Origin: Candidatus Bathyarchaeota archaeon | Lineage (GTDB): Archaea > Thermoproteota > Bathyarchaeia > 40CM-2-53-6 > RBG-13-38-9 | Assembly (NCBI GenBank): GCA_963807605.1 | Contig: CAWECG010000003.1 | Coordinates: forward strand, 800,001 to 864,000 | Direction: 5' to 3' | DNA: 64,000 nucleotides | Part shown: positions 44,489 through 54,695 of the stretch, piece after piece | Layout: each line of letters begins with the position of its first letter | Position numbering within the stretch: position 1 is the stretch's first letter | The notes under the pieces: model-generated | Database searches by the model: none | Seen by the model: the letters and a program-made list of their open reading frames with translations, nothing else | What the model was told of the DNA's origin: nothing | Position numbers and translations under genes: made by a program

Positions 44489-45913
44489 TTGTTAGACAGC
44501 CCCCCATTTGTGATCGCCGGCAGGCTCGGTTGTCTTATTAGGAGAAAGCAGTCAAGCTTCGCAACTTTAGAATCTCAATTGATACCTTCTGATAAAATTC
44601 TGGAAGCTCAGAATTCGTTTCGTTCACTTATAGGTGTGCGGGAAATAGAAAAGCCCACGTATGATGTTCGAAGTGATTATGTACGATACAACCAAAAGTA
44701 TAACTTGACTACAGGCAGACCATCATGGGATCCTACTCTTTGCGAGAAGCTTAAGCAAACTGAAGAACAAAATATGCATGTTCTTGCCCAAGAAAACGTA
44801 GCTGGCTACACACTCCTCGACTATGCCTTGGCAGATGCCGCATACACTGTTGCTAGCACTCTAGGCACCGATATCAACTATCCGAACTCTGGCTTCCTCT
44901 CGTGGTCTCCTCTTAGAAGACCAACTTGGGAAGATATCGGAGTAAACAAAATGCAATTTATCGACGAAGAAAAGACAGCAAGGCTAGTCAAGAAGCTAGC
45001 TATCTGGTTTGGAGCCTCTCTTGTCCGAGTGACATCACTTGACAGACGATGGGTCTATTCCCACTGGTATGATAACAGGTCAACCCCCCATAGAAACCCT
45101 CGAATAGTCTTCTCTGATGAGGCAGGCTTTGAGCAATATACTATGCCGACACAGCTTGTGGATGGAACTCAGATAATTCCCAAAGACATGAAGTATGTAA
45201 TTTCATTAGGCTTTGAGATGGATTATGACTCAATGAAGACTGCACCCACAGCGGTCGCATTTGCCGGTACTCTGATGCATGGTTATAGAACGATAATTCA
45301 GACTGCCGCTTCACTTTCAGAGTTCATTCGTGGACTCGGCTTTAACGCTATTCCTAGTTCGAACGACACAGCACTAAACGTTCCCTTAGCTATAGATGCA
45401 GGTATCGGAGAAGATGCAAGACATGGAGGATGTCTCATGTCCCCGGAATATGGTCCTAGGTTAAGGCTAGCGAAAGTGATCACAGATCTTCCGCTAGCTG
45501 TCGATAAGCCGATAACATTCGGTGTCCACGACTTCTGTGAGCAATGCGGCAAATGTGCAAGGTTATGCCCAGCCAAAGCTATTCCGCACGGTCCGAGGAC
45601 TTATGGTGAAGAGAAAAATGACGTAGATGCTCCAAACATCTCAGAGAGCAAAGGTCCTTTGCGATGGATAAATAATCAGGAGCGATGTCGAGCATATTTT
45701 GCTATAGGAGGTACAAACTGTGGTGTGTGTATTAGAGTGTGCCCTTGGAACAAACCTAGTGGGGTTTTGTACTCCCTCGCAAAATGGTTTGCGATAAATG
45801 CTGGACCCCGAACCAAGCGGATGCTCGTTGGGTTGGACGACTTATTCGGTTATGGTAGGCAGATGAGTCCTAACGAGTGGTGGGGCGAAAATCCAGTAGC
45901 CTATGGTAAGTGA
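44489..45913 (+). CDS. reductive dehalogenase (RdhA-like cobalamin / 2x[4Fe-4S] protein)
   Basis: FGASLV, LDRRWVYSHW, FIRGLGFNA, ALNVPLAIDAGIGE, PEYGPRLRL, FCEQCGKCARLCP, CGVCIRVCPWNK. Confidence 0.85.
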   Translation: MLDSPPFVIAGRLGCLIRRKQSSFATLESQLIPSDKILEAQNSFRSLIGVREIEKPTYDVRSDYVRYNQKYNLTTGRPSWDPTLCEKLKQTEEQNMHVLAQENVAGYTLLDYALADAAYTVASTLGTDINYPNSGFLSWSPLRRPTWEDIGVNKMQFIDEEKTARLVKKLAIWFGASLVRVTSLDRRWVYSHWYDNRSTPHRNPRIVFSDEAGFEQYTMPTQLVDGTQIIPKDMKYVISLGFEMDYDSMKTAPTAVAFAGTLMHGYRTIIQTAASLSEFIRGLGFNAIPSSNDTALNVPLAIDAGIGEDARHGGCLMSPEYGPRLRLAKVITDLPLAVDKPITFGVHDFCEQCGKCARLCPAKAIPHGPRTYGEEKNDVDAPNISESKGPLRWINNQERCRAYFAIGGTNCGVCIRVCPWNKPSGVLYSLAKWFAINAGPRTKRMLVGLDDLFGYGRQMSPNEWWGENPVAYGK

Positions 45914-46169
45914 GAATAAGATGTCAAACATGCTTGAATCTCATAGATCAATCTGATGCTAAGATCAGTATTTTTTTAGCTCAATTATTCACATGAACGT
46001 TGGCACCATTTCACTGGGAACAAATTGTGGCTAAGTTGGTGGTTAAAGGAGTACCTCAACTAACATTCACAGTCGATCAGAAGGTCGGTGCCCATGAATG
46101 TGCCTAGTGGGCGCTAACCGGAAGAGGACTCGACTAAACGCCGTATCTTCCAGTCTGCAAATCTTACTC

Positions 46170-46634
46170 TTAGTAATTCCACATCAACGGAGAGACCAGT
46201 ACCGTTGTATCTTTTAGAGGTGTTGGGCCGTCCACCCACTTCGCGGTTAAGAATGAACTTTGCTGAGAATGTACCTTTATTCCGATACTTACCTGCCCAT
46301 TCCTGAGTGTGACCCTTGACTGTTCTAGCTGTGCGGTTGTCGTGCCTTCGAAGTGCAGCTCGACTACATCGTTCCTCGTAGTATCTACTTTTCCAGACTC
46401 GTCAACAGCTGATACTATGACAGATATCTCAACTTCGCTTACAGGATTTATGACAATGCTGAGTTTGACGGCTGTAGTTTTAGCTTTTGGTGGTGTTGGC
46501 CACGAGTAGTATACAGACGTTGACACCAAAAGTATCAGAATGGTTGCTGCAACGACCGTCTGACTGATCCTGACCTTTTTCCATCTTGGAATACTTCTCA
46601 TAGTATTAGCTGGAGTGAGAAAATGTTTCCACAT
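46170..46634 (-). CDS. 'VDxxRND' membrane-anchored Ig-like surface protein
   Basis: TM, AVKL, GKVDTTRNDVVEL, LRNG, WVDGPTPL. Confidence 0.7.
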   Translation of the reverse strand: MWKHFLTPANTMRSIPRWKKVRISQTVVAATILILLVSTSVYYSWPTPPKAKTTAVKLSIVINPVSEVEISVIVSAVDESGKVDTTRNDVVELHFEGTTTAQLEQSRVTLRNGQVSIGIKVHSQQSSFLTAKWVDGPTPLKDTTVLVSPLMWNY

Positions 46635-46699
46635 TCTGTTTCATCAATTCAACTGTAATTACTCAAAAAGTTCCTACCTGATGTTGATATACTCCCGTC

Positions 46700-46882
46700 A
46701 TTCTCCACCAATACCAACATGTATTGTTATCATTCCCGGCTTAAGCTCTTATTCCTTGGGAGTTGGGACTTGGACTCGACCTCAGAACTCAGCCTAGGAG
46801 CTATAGCTGCAACAAAGATTATCAGAAATATGACTGAGAATAGTTTTTGTGCTTTCCTAACATGCATGGAATTGAGTTTCAT
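46700..46882 (-). pseudogene. relic N-terminus of another 'VDxxRND' family gene
   Basis: MKLNSMHVRKAQKLFSVIFLII...LSSEV (46882-46730) aligns with KLTPPEIRSIQRVFSLVLLI...LWSEV of 42940; a shifted frame gives HVGIG versus HVGVG. Confidence 0.55.
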
Positions 46883-46940
46883 AGGTTCTAACCGAACTGT
46901 CTTCACAGTCGCTGTAGCTTTTGCTAGCTAGTTAACACTA

Positions 46941-48122
46941 TTAAATATGAAACACCTGTGGAGCTATCTTAACTATCGATAGTATGAACCAGATATACCA
47001 TATCATACCAGCGGACACAGCTAATGGAATAAACCACGTTCTGACTTTCTTCGATGTTCCGGTCAAATATAGGTCGATTGCCTTCTCTGGACATTGATCA
47101 ATGCAGGCTCCACATTTTATGCAATCAATGTTGGGTGCATACATTTCATCGATTGTCTGTCTTGTCATAGCGAACATTGGGCATACATATGTGCAGGAGT
47201 AGTCTTTGGTACATTTGTGTGGATCGATCTTTATGTTGAATGGAGTTATGCGTTCAATAAGGTTCAACAAGGCTCCAACTGGACATAAGATTGCGCACCA
47301 AGTTCTCTTTCCTGTCATGAAAGGCAGGATTACAGCAAACACGGCGAATACTAATATTGCACCGACCCCCCACCATAAGTACTGGACAAGCCAAGTCCAA
47401 CATAGGATGCATACGACGGGAACCGCAAATCCTACTCCCAGTAGCAGAAGGCCCATGGCTACACCGTATTTTATGTCTTTGATATCCTCTCTGAGCCCGT
47501 CTAGGGCTGGATCTTTTTCCCCGATTTCTTGATAATACCTTCTAAAGTTAGTGAGAATCCATCGTGGCTTTCCAGCCTTCCTAAACGTGTCGACGGTTCC
47601 GCCAAAATAGCAAACCCAGCCACAGAAGCCTCTGCCAAGAATTACAGCTGTCGCAAGGTAAGGAACTATTACAAGGATTGAGAGATAGAAGAAAGACGAG
47701 GGCCAAACTACGGGTATCCCTCCAACTGTTTGCATTCCCGTCTCAGCACCCCAAATAGGAATGCTAACGGTTACACTTGGGAGGTTGAAGTTGCAAGGGA
47801 CAAGAGCACTCCCTACGGTGGGCATCCCCCCATAGTAATAGACCCGCAGGTGCCCCGCAACCCATTTTGACAGTGACGTAACTCCTATAAAAGAGAAGAT
47901 TGTGATGGTTCCAATCCATGTTACGCTGGCATAATATATAACGAGTAATCTTCTAAGACGTTGAATCTTCTCGCTACGGAGAAGTGCGAAAGATGCGAGC
48001 CCTGAAAAAATTCCTAGAAAGACTCCAAGCCAAAGGTAAGACCTATAATAGATTTCAAAAATGAACAGACAGACTAGCAGACTTGCTGTGAGAGCTACTC
48101 CTCTTGTGCTTGCTGTATTCAA
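46941..48122 (-). CDS. membrane 4Fe-4S binding protein (NapH/MauN-like)
   Basis: Multiple TMs, GRGFCGWVC, RTWCAILCPVG, CTKDYSCTYVCPM, CIKCGACIDQCP. Confidence 0.82.
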   Translation of the reverse strand: MNTASTRGVALTASLLVCLFIFEIYYRSYLWLGVFLGIFSGLASFALLRSEKIQRLRRLLVIYYASVTWIGTITIFSFIGVTSLSKWVAGHLRVYYYGGMPTVGSALVPCNFNLPSVTVSIPIWGAETGMQTVGGIPVVWPSSFFYLSILVIVPYLATAVILGRGFCGWVCYFGGTVDTFRKAGKPRWILTNFRRYYQEIGEKDPALDGLREDIKDIKYGVAMGLLLLGVGFAVPVVCILCWTWLVQYLWWGVGAILVFAVFAVILPFMTGKRTWCAILCPVGALLNLIERITPFNIKIDPHKCTKDYSCTYVCPMFAMTRQTIDEMYAPNIDCIKCGACIDQCPEKAIDLYLTGTSKKVRTWFIPLAVSAGMIWYIWFILSIVKIAPQVFHI

Positions 48123-48243
48123 GCCACCTACTCCTTGTTCAGCACGTTACTGATATGGCTATAACAGTTCTGATTCTTCCGAAATGTGAAGAAGCGATAT
48201 AAAACTTAGTTTTCAATAAAAAAAGGGAAATTGATGGCGTATT

Positions 48244-49140
48244 CTACGCCATCGCATAACTTAGAAGGGCTTTCGCTATCTGTATCTTGTACTTGTTCAT
48301 GCTCAGTGGTGTTGCGTTATTCAGGGCTGTCGTTACTTCGTCTGGGGTTCCGCTAACAACTACTGGAGCCACACCGCCCAATGCTGCGATTGTTCCTTTA
48401 GAGGTCGTAGCCACCGCGGCGCTGGCAAGTGCAAAGTCCCAAGACTGCCTCACTTTAGACTTCTGGAAGCTGGCCTTCGATGGTGCCTCAGGTATTGTTA
48501 CCCACGTGACGATTTCGCCTGGATTCAATACGTTCCCTAAGGTAACGTAGAAGTCCTTCATGGCTACATCCCTTGACCCACTTGGTCCCTCGATAGTCAG
48601 TGTAGCGTTTAGGGCTGTGAAAACTGTTGCTAGGTCGCTTGTGGTGATCGCGTTGCAGACCTTCTGTTCCATTATTGCAGCATATCTGTTGTCTCCGCCA
48701 GGTTGGTAACAGACTGGTCCTCCTTTCCGGTAGCAGAAGAACTCCGCCTTTCTATAGTACCAACATCTTACTTGCTGGCAGAGGTTGCCTCCTACTGTGC
48801 CCATGTTACGGAGTTGTGGTGTTGATATCTTTGCGACTGTGTCAGCGATTACTTGGTATGTGCCCTTTATTACGCTGGATTCTGCGAGGTCAGTTAGTGT
48901 TGTGAGGGCTCCTATCTTTAGGACTCCCCCGCTTGCTGTTATCTGGTCCAGTCCAGGTATGGTCTTCAGGTTTACGACTACGTCGGGTACTGGTAGGTAT
49001 TTTCTCTTCAATACGTCCAGCAGTGCTGTTCCGCCTGCAATGGGTTTTGCCTTGTCGCCGTACTTGCTCAGTAGTGATGTAGCCTCTTGGACAGTCTTGG
49101 CATCGTAGTGTGAGAATTGACTCATGAATACTAGAGACAT
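48244..49140 (-). CDS. xanthine dehydrogenase family FAD subunit with [4Fe-4S] insertion (PaoB-like)
   Basis: AGGT, IGALTTL, QLRNMGTVGGNLCQQVRCWYYR...CYRKGGPVC. Confidence 0.9.
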   Translation of the reverse strand: MSLVFMSQFSHYDAKTVQEATSLLSKYGDKAKPIAGGTALLDVLKRKYLPVPDVVVNLKTIPGLDQITASGGVLKIGALTTLTDLAESSVIKGTYQVIADTVAKISTPQLRNMGTVGGNLCQQVRCWYYRKAEFFCYRKGGPVCYQPGGDNRYAAIMEQKVCNAITTSDLATVFTALNATLTIEGPSGSRDVAMKDFYVTLGNVLNPGEIVTWVTIPEAPSKASFQKSKVRQSWDFALASAAVATTSKGTIAALGGVAPVVVSGTPDEVTTALNNATPLSMNKYKIQIAKALLSYAMA

Positions 49141-49154
49141 TCTTTCTTCATCTC

Positions 49155-51566
49155 CTATGCTTTTCCTAAGGCTTCCAGTATCTTACGTGGTTCAATGGGT
49201 ACATCGTAGAATCTCACTCCAAGAGCGTCGGCGAGGGCGTTAGCTATGACACTTTGGCAATTCACAATGGTTGCCTCCGATATTCCTTTCCCTCCACCCC
49301 AAACACCCCAAAGGTCTGGCATAGGCTTCACGATACCGAACGGGGAGATAGGTCCTGTCGATGGAGCGTGGTCAACTATCACATTGCTTGGTCCTGGAAC
49401 ATCGAGTGCTGATGGCCACTTATTCTCAAGGTGTGTTGTGGACAAGTATACGCCGTTTCCTTGGTCTTGCACCATTTGTGTGTAGAGTCCGCATCCCAAG
49501 TATTCGTTTGCCATCTCCATTTGTTGGTCGCAAGCCCAGACATTGAGAGGTCGTGTATCTGAGACGTTAACGAATTTCTCTATGACTACCTGTCCTGTGT
49601 CAGTGTTGACTAGAAGTTCAACTGCAGTACCTGCGTACATGTATAGCAGATTGAGTCGATGCCACGTTATCTTTCCACTTGGATCCACTTCTATTGGACA
49701 TGCATATCCTATACACTTCATTGTGGCTATGTCCTCTGAGTCCAGTGGGAACCAAGGTTGACCCATGCCTATGATGAATGGTTGAGTTCCTTGCATGAAA
49801 TTTGCCCATGGCAGTGCGTTCTCAGGCTTGCCCTTCACGAAGATCATTCCGTCTTTCGTGTCCAGATCCGCTGGCTTTGCCTTGAATGCTGGAGCTGCTG
49901 CAGCGTATAACTTGCTTAGGGCATCTTGACACGCAAACATTATAGCGGTTCCAGCGACGAAGGCTTGCTGGTTTGCGTAAGCTGAGCCAGTGAAGTCGAC
50001 ATAGTCAGTATCACACGCTGTGACTATGCAGTTTTCGGGAGATATATGCAATGTTTCAGCTGCTACCATTGCACCGGTTGTATTGATCTGTTGTCCTAGA
50101 TCGTGAAGACTTGCAAATATCTCGCAACCCGGGTTAGCATTCACTCTAACGTGGGCGAGTGGTTTGTCCACAAGTGGGTTTATGTAGACGTTGCCTGCGT
50201 CGATTGCTCTTCCTCTCTTCCAAGGTGCGCTTGCTGAAGCCTTTGGACTTGTCCAGTTTATGTATTGTGCGGCCTTATCGAGTGCTCCAACAGCACCGCT
50301 ACGTACTATCTCGTCTGCAATGTTTGTTTCATCGTTTACAAGGAGGTTCATTCTCTTGAACTGGTACTTGTCCATCCCTATTTTTTCAGCTAGCATGTCC
50401 ATGGCTGAGTTTACAGCGAAACATATTTCTTGGTGTGCGAATGTGTGCATGTTCTGCATCGGTGTCTCATTTGTGTAGACTGCGAAGCTGTCGTATCGGA
50501 AGTTCGGGAATCGCCAGGTGCCGGTAAACTGGAAATATGCATTTCTTACGACGCTAGCACCGAATCTTCCCCACGCTCCGTTTGCATCGTATACTGTACA
50601 CTGACCTGAGGTTAGTGTTCCATCTTTCTTGGCTCCGACTTTGAAGTAGAATATCCAACGTGGCCTACAGGTTATTTGTGTAGCTTCGTCTCTGGTAAAC
50701 TGCATTTTAACTGGTCTTCCTGTTTTTAGTGTAAGCCAGCCTCCACGAGATGACACGTGAACATAGCTTCTGTTACCGTATGCCCCAGCGACCTTTCTGG
50801 GAACGTGCGCTCTACACTTGCTCATAGGCATGTTCATGGCGCCTGCGAATACTGGGTAGAGGTTTTGCCAGATAGACTGACTTTCCTCAAGCGTGTTTAG
50901 TCTACCGTCTCCTGGATCTATCCATGTGATTGCGCAGTTTGGTCCGGGTACTGTGTGATTGACTCTGGCGACATTCCACGTCCCTTCCACAATCGCATCT
51001 GCATCTGCAAATCCTTTGTCAGCATCTCCAGCGATGCCTATTGTTGCGTTTATCAGGTTCGGTCTCTCGTCGTAGAACCTTGACTTTACCAGTTTAGGCG
51101 TGTGCAGTACAACAGGTGGATTGGCGCTTGCTTGCGCTTCGACGTCGAGACCTAATGGGAGTTCATCATATTCTACCTTTATCGCATCTACAGCTGCCTG
51201 AGCAATCTCAGGTGTCTCCGCCGCAACGAGGGCAATCGGTTCCATGTAATAGTTGACTTCTCCTCTCCCGATAATTGGTTCATCCCCAAACATTCTCACA
51301 TCAGGAATATCATCTGCTGTGAGGACTGCTGCTACGCCTGGCATGGCTTTCGCCGCGCTGGTGTCTAGGGTTCTGATCTTGGCGTGTGCTACTGTTGCGG
51401 TCTTAATTCTTCCGTAGAGCATCTGAGGCATCATCATGTCTTGAATGTATTCCATGGTTCCTGTTACTATGCCGACTGCATCAGAATTCCATGTAGTTCG
51501 AACTCCCATGTACTTCTGTCCGTCGGGTTTACCTTCCCAAGTATATGTGTTAATTTCTGGTGCCAT
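49155..51566 (-). CDS. xanthine dehydrogenase family molybdopterin-binding subunit
   Basis: AHAKI...PGVAAVLTADD, GRPVK.QFTRDE, KKDGTL, GKGISE, ANALADALGVR. Confidence 0.9.
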   Translation of the reverse strand: MAPEINTYTWEGKPDGQKYMGVRTTWNSDAVGIVTGTMEYIQDMMMPQMLYGRIKTATVAHAKIRTLDTSAAKAMPGVAAVLTADDIPDVRMFGDEPIIGRGEVNYYMEPIALVAAETPEIAQAAVDAIKVEYDELPLGLDVEAQASANPPVVLHTPKLVKSRFYDERPNLINATIGIAGDADKGFADADAIVEGTWNVARVNHTVPGPNCAITWIDPGDGRLNTLEESQSIWQNLYPVFAGAMNMPMSKCRAHVPRKVAGAYGNRSYVHVSSRGGWLTLKTGRPVKMQFTRDEATQITCRPRWIFYFKVGAKKDGTLTSGQCTVYDANGAWGRFGASVVRNAYFQFTGTWRFPNFRYDSFAVYTNETPMQNMHTFAHQEICFAVNSAMDMLAEKIGMDKYQFKRMNLLVNDETNIADEIVRSGAVGALDKAAQYINWTSPKASASAPWKRGRAIDAGNVYINPLVDKPLAHVRVNANPGCEIFASLHDLGQQINTTGAMVAAETLHISPENCIVTACDTDYVDFTGSAYANQQAFVAGTAIMFACQDALSKLYAAAAPAFKAKPADLDTKDGMIFVKGKPENALPWANFMQGTQPFIIGMGQPWFPLDSEDIATMKCIGYACPIEVDPSGKITWHRLNLLYMYAGTAVELLVNTDTGQVVIEKFVNVSDTRPLNVWACDQQMEMANEYLGCGLYTQMVQDQGNGVYLSTTHLENKWPSALDVPGPSNVIVDHAPSTGPISPFGIVKPMPDLWGVWGGGKGISEATIVNCQSVIANALADALGVRFYDVPIEPRKILEALGKA

Positions 51567-51582
51567 TTTTTCTCATACCTCC

Positions 51583-52248
51583 TTACATCTTAGCTGCTGC
51601 CATTATCGACCTTATAGGGCCGACATATCCTGTACATCTGCAAAGATTTCCTGAAATCCCCATTCTGACATCATCCTCGGTAGGGTTGGGATTCTTGTCA
51701 AGCAAGGCTTTTGCTGACATTATCATTCCCGGTGTGCAGAAGCCGCATGAGTACCCATAATTATCTATGAACGCCTGCTGTATCTTGTGGAGTTTGCCAC
51801 CCTGTGAAAGACCTTCAATTGTTAGAATATCATTTCCATCATTCTCTACTGCCAGAGTCATGCATGCGAGAGCGCTTCTACCATTAATTATGACTGTGCA
51901 CGCTCCACACTCGCCGTAGTCGCAGCTATTCTTTGTACCTGTTAGTCGAAGCTTATCCTTTAACACGTAGAGTAGTGTCCAGTTTGACTGCACATATATC
52001 GATGTGAGAACACCGTTGACTGTGAACGATACAGTCTTTCCTAAAGCCGCTTCTTCTGCGGTGGGTGTTACTGGTGGTGCTGTGGGAACTGTAAGTTGGC
52101 TTACTCCGTACCCTATCGCTCCGCCGACGACTAGTCCTGCAACTGTGCCTCCAATGAAAGTCCTTCTTGATACTCCTCCGCTAGGCTTAGTTTCCTTTGC
52201 TTCCTCTGCTTCCTTTGTTTCTTTCGCTTCTTTCTTTTCTTCACTCAA
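51583..52248 (-). CDS. xanthine dehydrogenase family 2x[2Fe-2S] subunit with Tat signal (PaoA-like)
   Basis: SRRTFIG plus TM, CDYGECGACTV, CGFCTPG, GNLCRCTGY. Confidence 0.92.
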   Translation of the reverse strand: MSEEKKEAKETKEAEEAKETKPSGGVSRRTFIGGTVAGLVVGGAIGYGVSQLTVPTAPPVTPTAEEAALGKTVSFTVNGVLTSIYVQSNWTLLYVLKDKLRLTGTKNSCDYGECGACTVIINGRSALACMTLAVENDGNDILTIEGLSQGGKLHKIQQAFIDNYGYSCGFCTPGMIMSAKALLDKNPNPTEDDVRMGISGNLCRCTGYVGPIRSIMAAAKM

Positions 52249-52535
52249 TTTTTCTTTTCTCCTAATTATTGCCTGTTAAGGCAAGATCTTGCGTTTTACG
52301 CTGAGTGTATATAACGGTTGTCGTAATATCACGAACTTTTATGATGCAAGAAAATCTTTGCGCTAGGAGTGAAAGCAAAGATAGCTACGTCGAACTCTAA
52401 AGTAAGCTGATTAGCTTACTTCGAATAGATCTATCAATGCACTAAACTTTGTAGTACTACTCTCACCAAAATCACGCTAACCTTAGAAAGCCTTTTTTAG
52501 GCAATCGCAAACTATTCCCAGAGAGGTCTGCTTCC

Positions 52536-53183
52536 TTGCAAGACGCAAAGCTCATCGCAGATCTTAGGGACGCTTTCGTCAATATCGATTCGAATCGAGT
52601 GAGTGAGCTGCTCAAGAAAGCGGTCGAAGAAAACATTTCACCCAAAGAAATAATCGAGAAGGCCATTCGTCAAGGTGCCGACGAAGTTGGCAGAAAGTAT
52701 GAAGCTTGCGAATACTTTCTCCCAGAACTGGTGATGTCTGGTGAAATGATGAAAGAAGCTATCGAATTACTAAAGCCTCGAATGAGGGCTGAAGGAATCT
52801 CGACAAGCGGAAACATAGTCTTCGGCACCGTCAAGGGAGACCTCCACGATGTTGGGAAGAACATAGTTATATCAATGTTAAGCGTTGCAGGTTTTGACAT
52901 AACCGACCTTGGTGTTGATGTCCCTGCTGAACGTTTTCTCTCTGAAGTAACAGAAAAGAAGCCAGACATTATCTGTCTGTCCTCGCTCCTCACACATACG
53001 ATGACAGAACTTGGCATCGTGATTGAACAGCTGAAAAAAAAGGGACTGCGAGATAAAGTGAAAGTAATGGTGGGCGGCCGTCCAGTTACCAAGGAGTACG
53101 CCGACAATATCGGGGCAGACTCCTATGGGAGAGACGCTTACGAGGCTGTGGAAGAAGCTCGAAAGCTAATGAAAACCAGATAA
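52536..53183 (+). CDS. methyltransferase cognate corrinoid protein (MtbC/MttC-like)
   Basis: YFLPEL, GTVKGDLHDVGKN (DxHxxG), DLGVDVP, MVGG. Confidence 0.93.
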   Translation: MQDAKLIADLRDAFVNIDSNRVSELLKKAVEENISPKEIIEKAIRQGADEVGRKYEACEYFLPELVMSGEMMKEAIELLKPRMRAEGISTSGNIVFGTVKGDLHDVGKNIVISMLSVAGFDITDLGVDVPAERFLSEVTEKKPDIICLSSLLTHTMTELGIVIEQLKKKGLRDKVKVMVGGRPVTKEYADNIGADSYGRDAYEAVEEARKLMKTR

Positions 53184-53208
53184 GAACGACCCCCTAAGGC
53201 GCTTCAAA

Positions 53209-54246
53209 ATGACCCCGCGCGAAAGGTTCATGGCTGCCACAAGACTCAAGGAACCTGACCAAGTTCCCGTAGGCTTCATGCGTAGTTCATATGATGCTAC
53301 AAGGATTGGTCTGAATGTCAAAGATTACATCCTTAATTATAAGAAGAAGTTGAGTGCTCAAATCAAACTTCATGAAAGATTTTTGGGATGTGCCTTCGTA
53401 CCTAGCATAAATCCTGACTTCGGGATAGTGTCGGAGGCTTCAGCATTTGGGGCGGAGGTAATCTATTACGAAAAGGAGCCACCAATGTGCACCCCTGCAA
53501 TAAGAAGCACCGAGGAGATTGACTCTATCAAGATTCCCGACCCTTACAAAGATGGCTTACTTCCTAAGGTACTTGAAGCTTACAAATACCTCATAGAGAA
53601 TACCCCCTCAAAATATGAAGTCGATCCACCGGCAATACGGGGGCCGCTTGACCTCGCTACCGAGATAAGAGGTGTTGGTCCCCTCCTCTCGGATATGTAC
53701 CGAAATCCAGAATATGTGCACAAATTGGTGGCTATTGCAACACAAACACAAATAGACTTTCTTAAAGCCTTAGATGAGGTCTCAGGTGGAAACAAATTCG
53801 TTTTTATCTGTGATGATATTCCTGGTCTGATATCTCCAAAATTCTTCGATGAATTCGGGTTCCCATATATGAAAAAGATCTTCCAGACGTTCAACACAAA
53901 GCTGAAGATCTACCATAATTGTAAGAGTTCAATGCACATACTGGAGAAACTGGCTGATACCGGCTTCCAAGTCTTCAACTTCAGCTTCGAAAATAATCTG
54001 CAGCAGACTAAGGGAAGAATCGGCAAGAAAGTATGCCTATGGGGAAATGTTGAGCCAATAGGCATATTCTTGAAAGGCTCAAAACAGGAAATAGAACGAG
54101 TCTGCAAAGAACAAATTAGGTCAGCCGGACCGGATGGTGGCTTCATTCTATCCGTGGGGGGTGGCTGTTACGGACCTGACGAAAGTATGGATGTAATGAT
54201 AGATGCGGCAAATAAATATGGCCGCTATCCTATAACCGTAGACTAA
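53209..54246 (+). CDS. URO-D/MtaA-CmuA family methylcobamide methyltransferase
   Basis: Directly after the corrinoid gene; HNC and GGC Zn-ligand motifs; WGNVEP. Confidence 0.85.
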   Translation: MTPRERFMAATRLKEPDQVPVGFMRSSYDATRIGLNVKDYILNYKKKLSAQIKLHERFLGCAFVPSINPDFGIVSEASAFGAEVIYYEKEPPMCTPAIRSTEEIDSIKIPDPYKDGLLPKVLEAYKYLIENTPSKYEVDPPAIRGPLDLATEIRGVGPLLSDMYRNPEYVHKLVAIATQTQIDFLKALDEVSGGNKFVFICDDIPGLISPKFFDEFGFPYMKKIFQTFNTKLKIYHNCKSSMHILEKLADTGFQVFNFSFENNLQQTKGRIGKKVCLWGNVEPIGIFLKGSKQEIERVCKEQIRSAGPDGGFILSVGGGCYGPDESMDVMIDAANKYGRYPITVD

Positions 54247-54296
54247 TAGCACTTACGAAACGGAGGAATCCAATTCTGGAAGATTCTCAAAAGACC

Positions 54297-54635
54297 GAGA
54301 AAGGCGCAACCAAACTCGTTGTTCGAGTTCCTTCATATGTCCACCATGGTGTAAAGGAAACAATAACAATCATGGCTGTGAACTCTGACGGCCAAGTTGA
54401 CAAGACTAGAAATGATGAGATAGAACTAATGTTAACTCCACTCTACAGGCTTGATGACTCTAAAGTCAGACTCCAAAGTAACCTTGTTAAACTCGTAAAC
54501 GGTGAAGCAACGGTAGAGATAACTTCTCAAGAATCTGATTTTGTGAAGATAGCAGCGTCCTGTAAGGATAAGAACGCCGGTTTGGAACCATACTCAGTCC
54601 TTCTAGCAACCGGCGGCTTTCCCTTCCACCAATGA
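54297..54635 (+). pseudogene. 'VDxxRND' Ig-like paralogue lacking N-terminal TM and start
   Basis: In-frame EKGATKLVVRVP...ITIMAVNSDGQVDKTRNDEIEL; upstream stop at 54213 with no start or TM (ORF track starts at 54372). Confidence 0.55.
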
Positions 54636-54695
54636 TATATCTCAACAGTGTGTATGCGAGAGCATCTGTAGTCAAAACGACTTGTCGGGTGACAT

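Noticed and set aside
52321-52334. TCGT-N6-ACGA inverted repeat between the molybdoenzyme and corrinoid operons
   Set aside because: Only 4-bp arms and a single occurrence; insufficient to call an operator.
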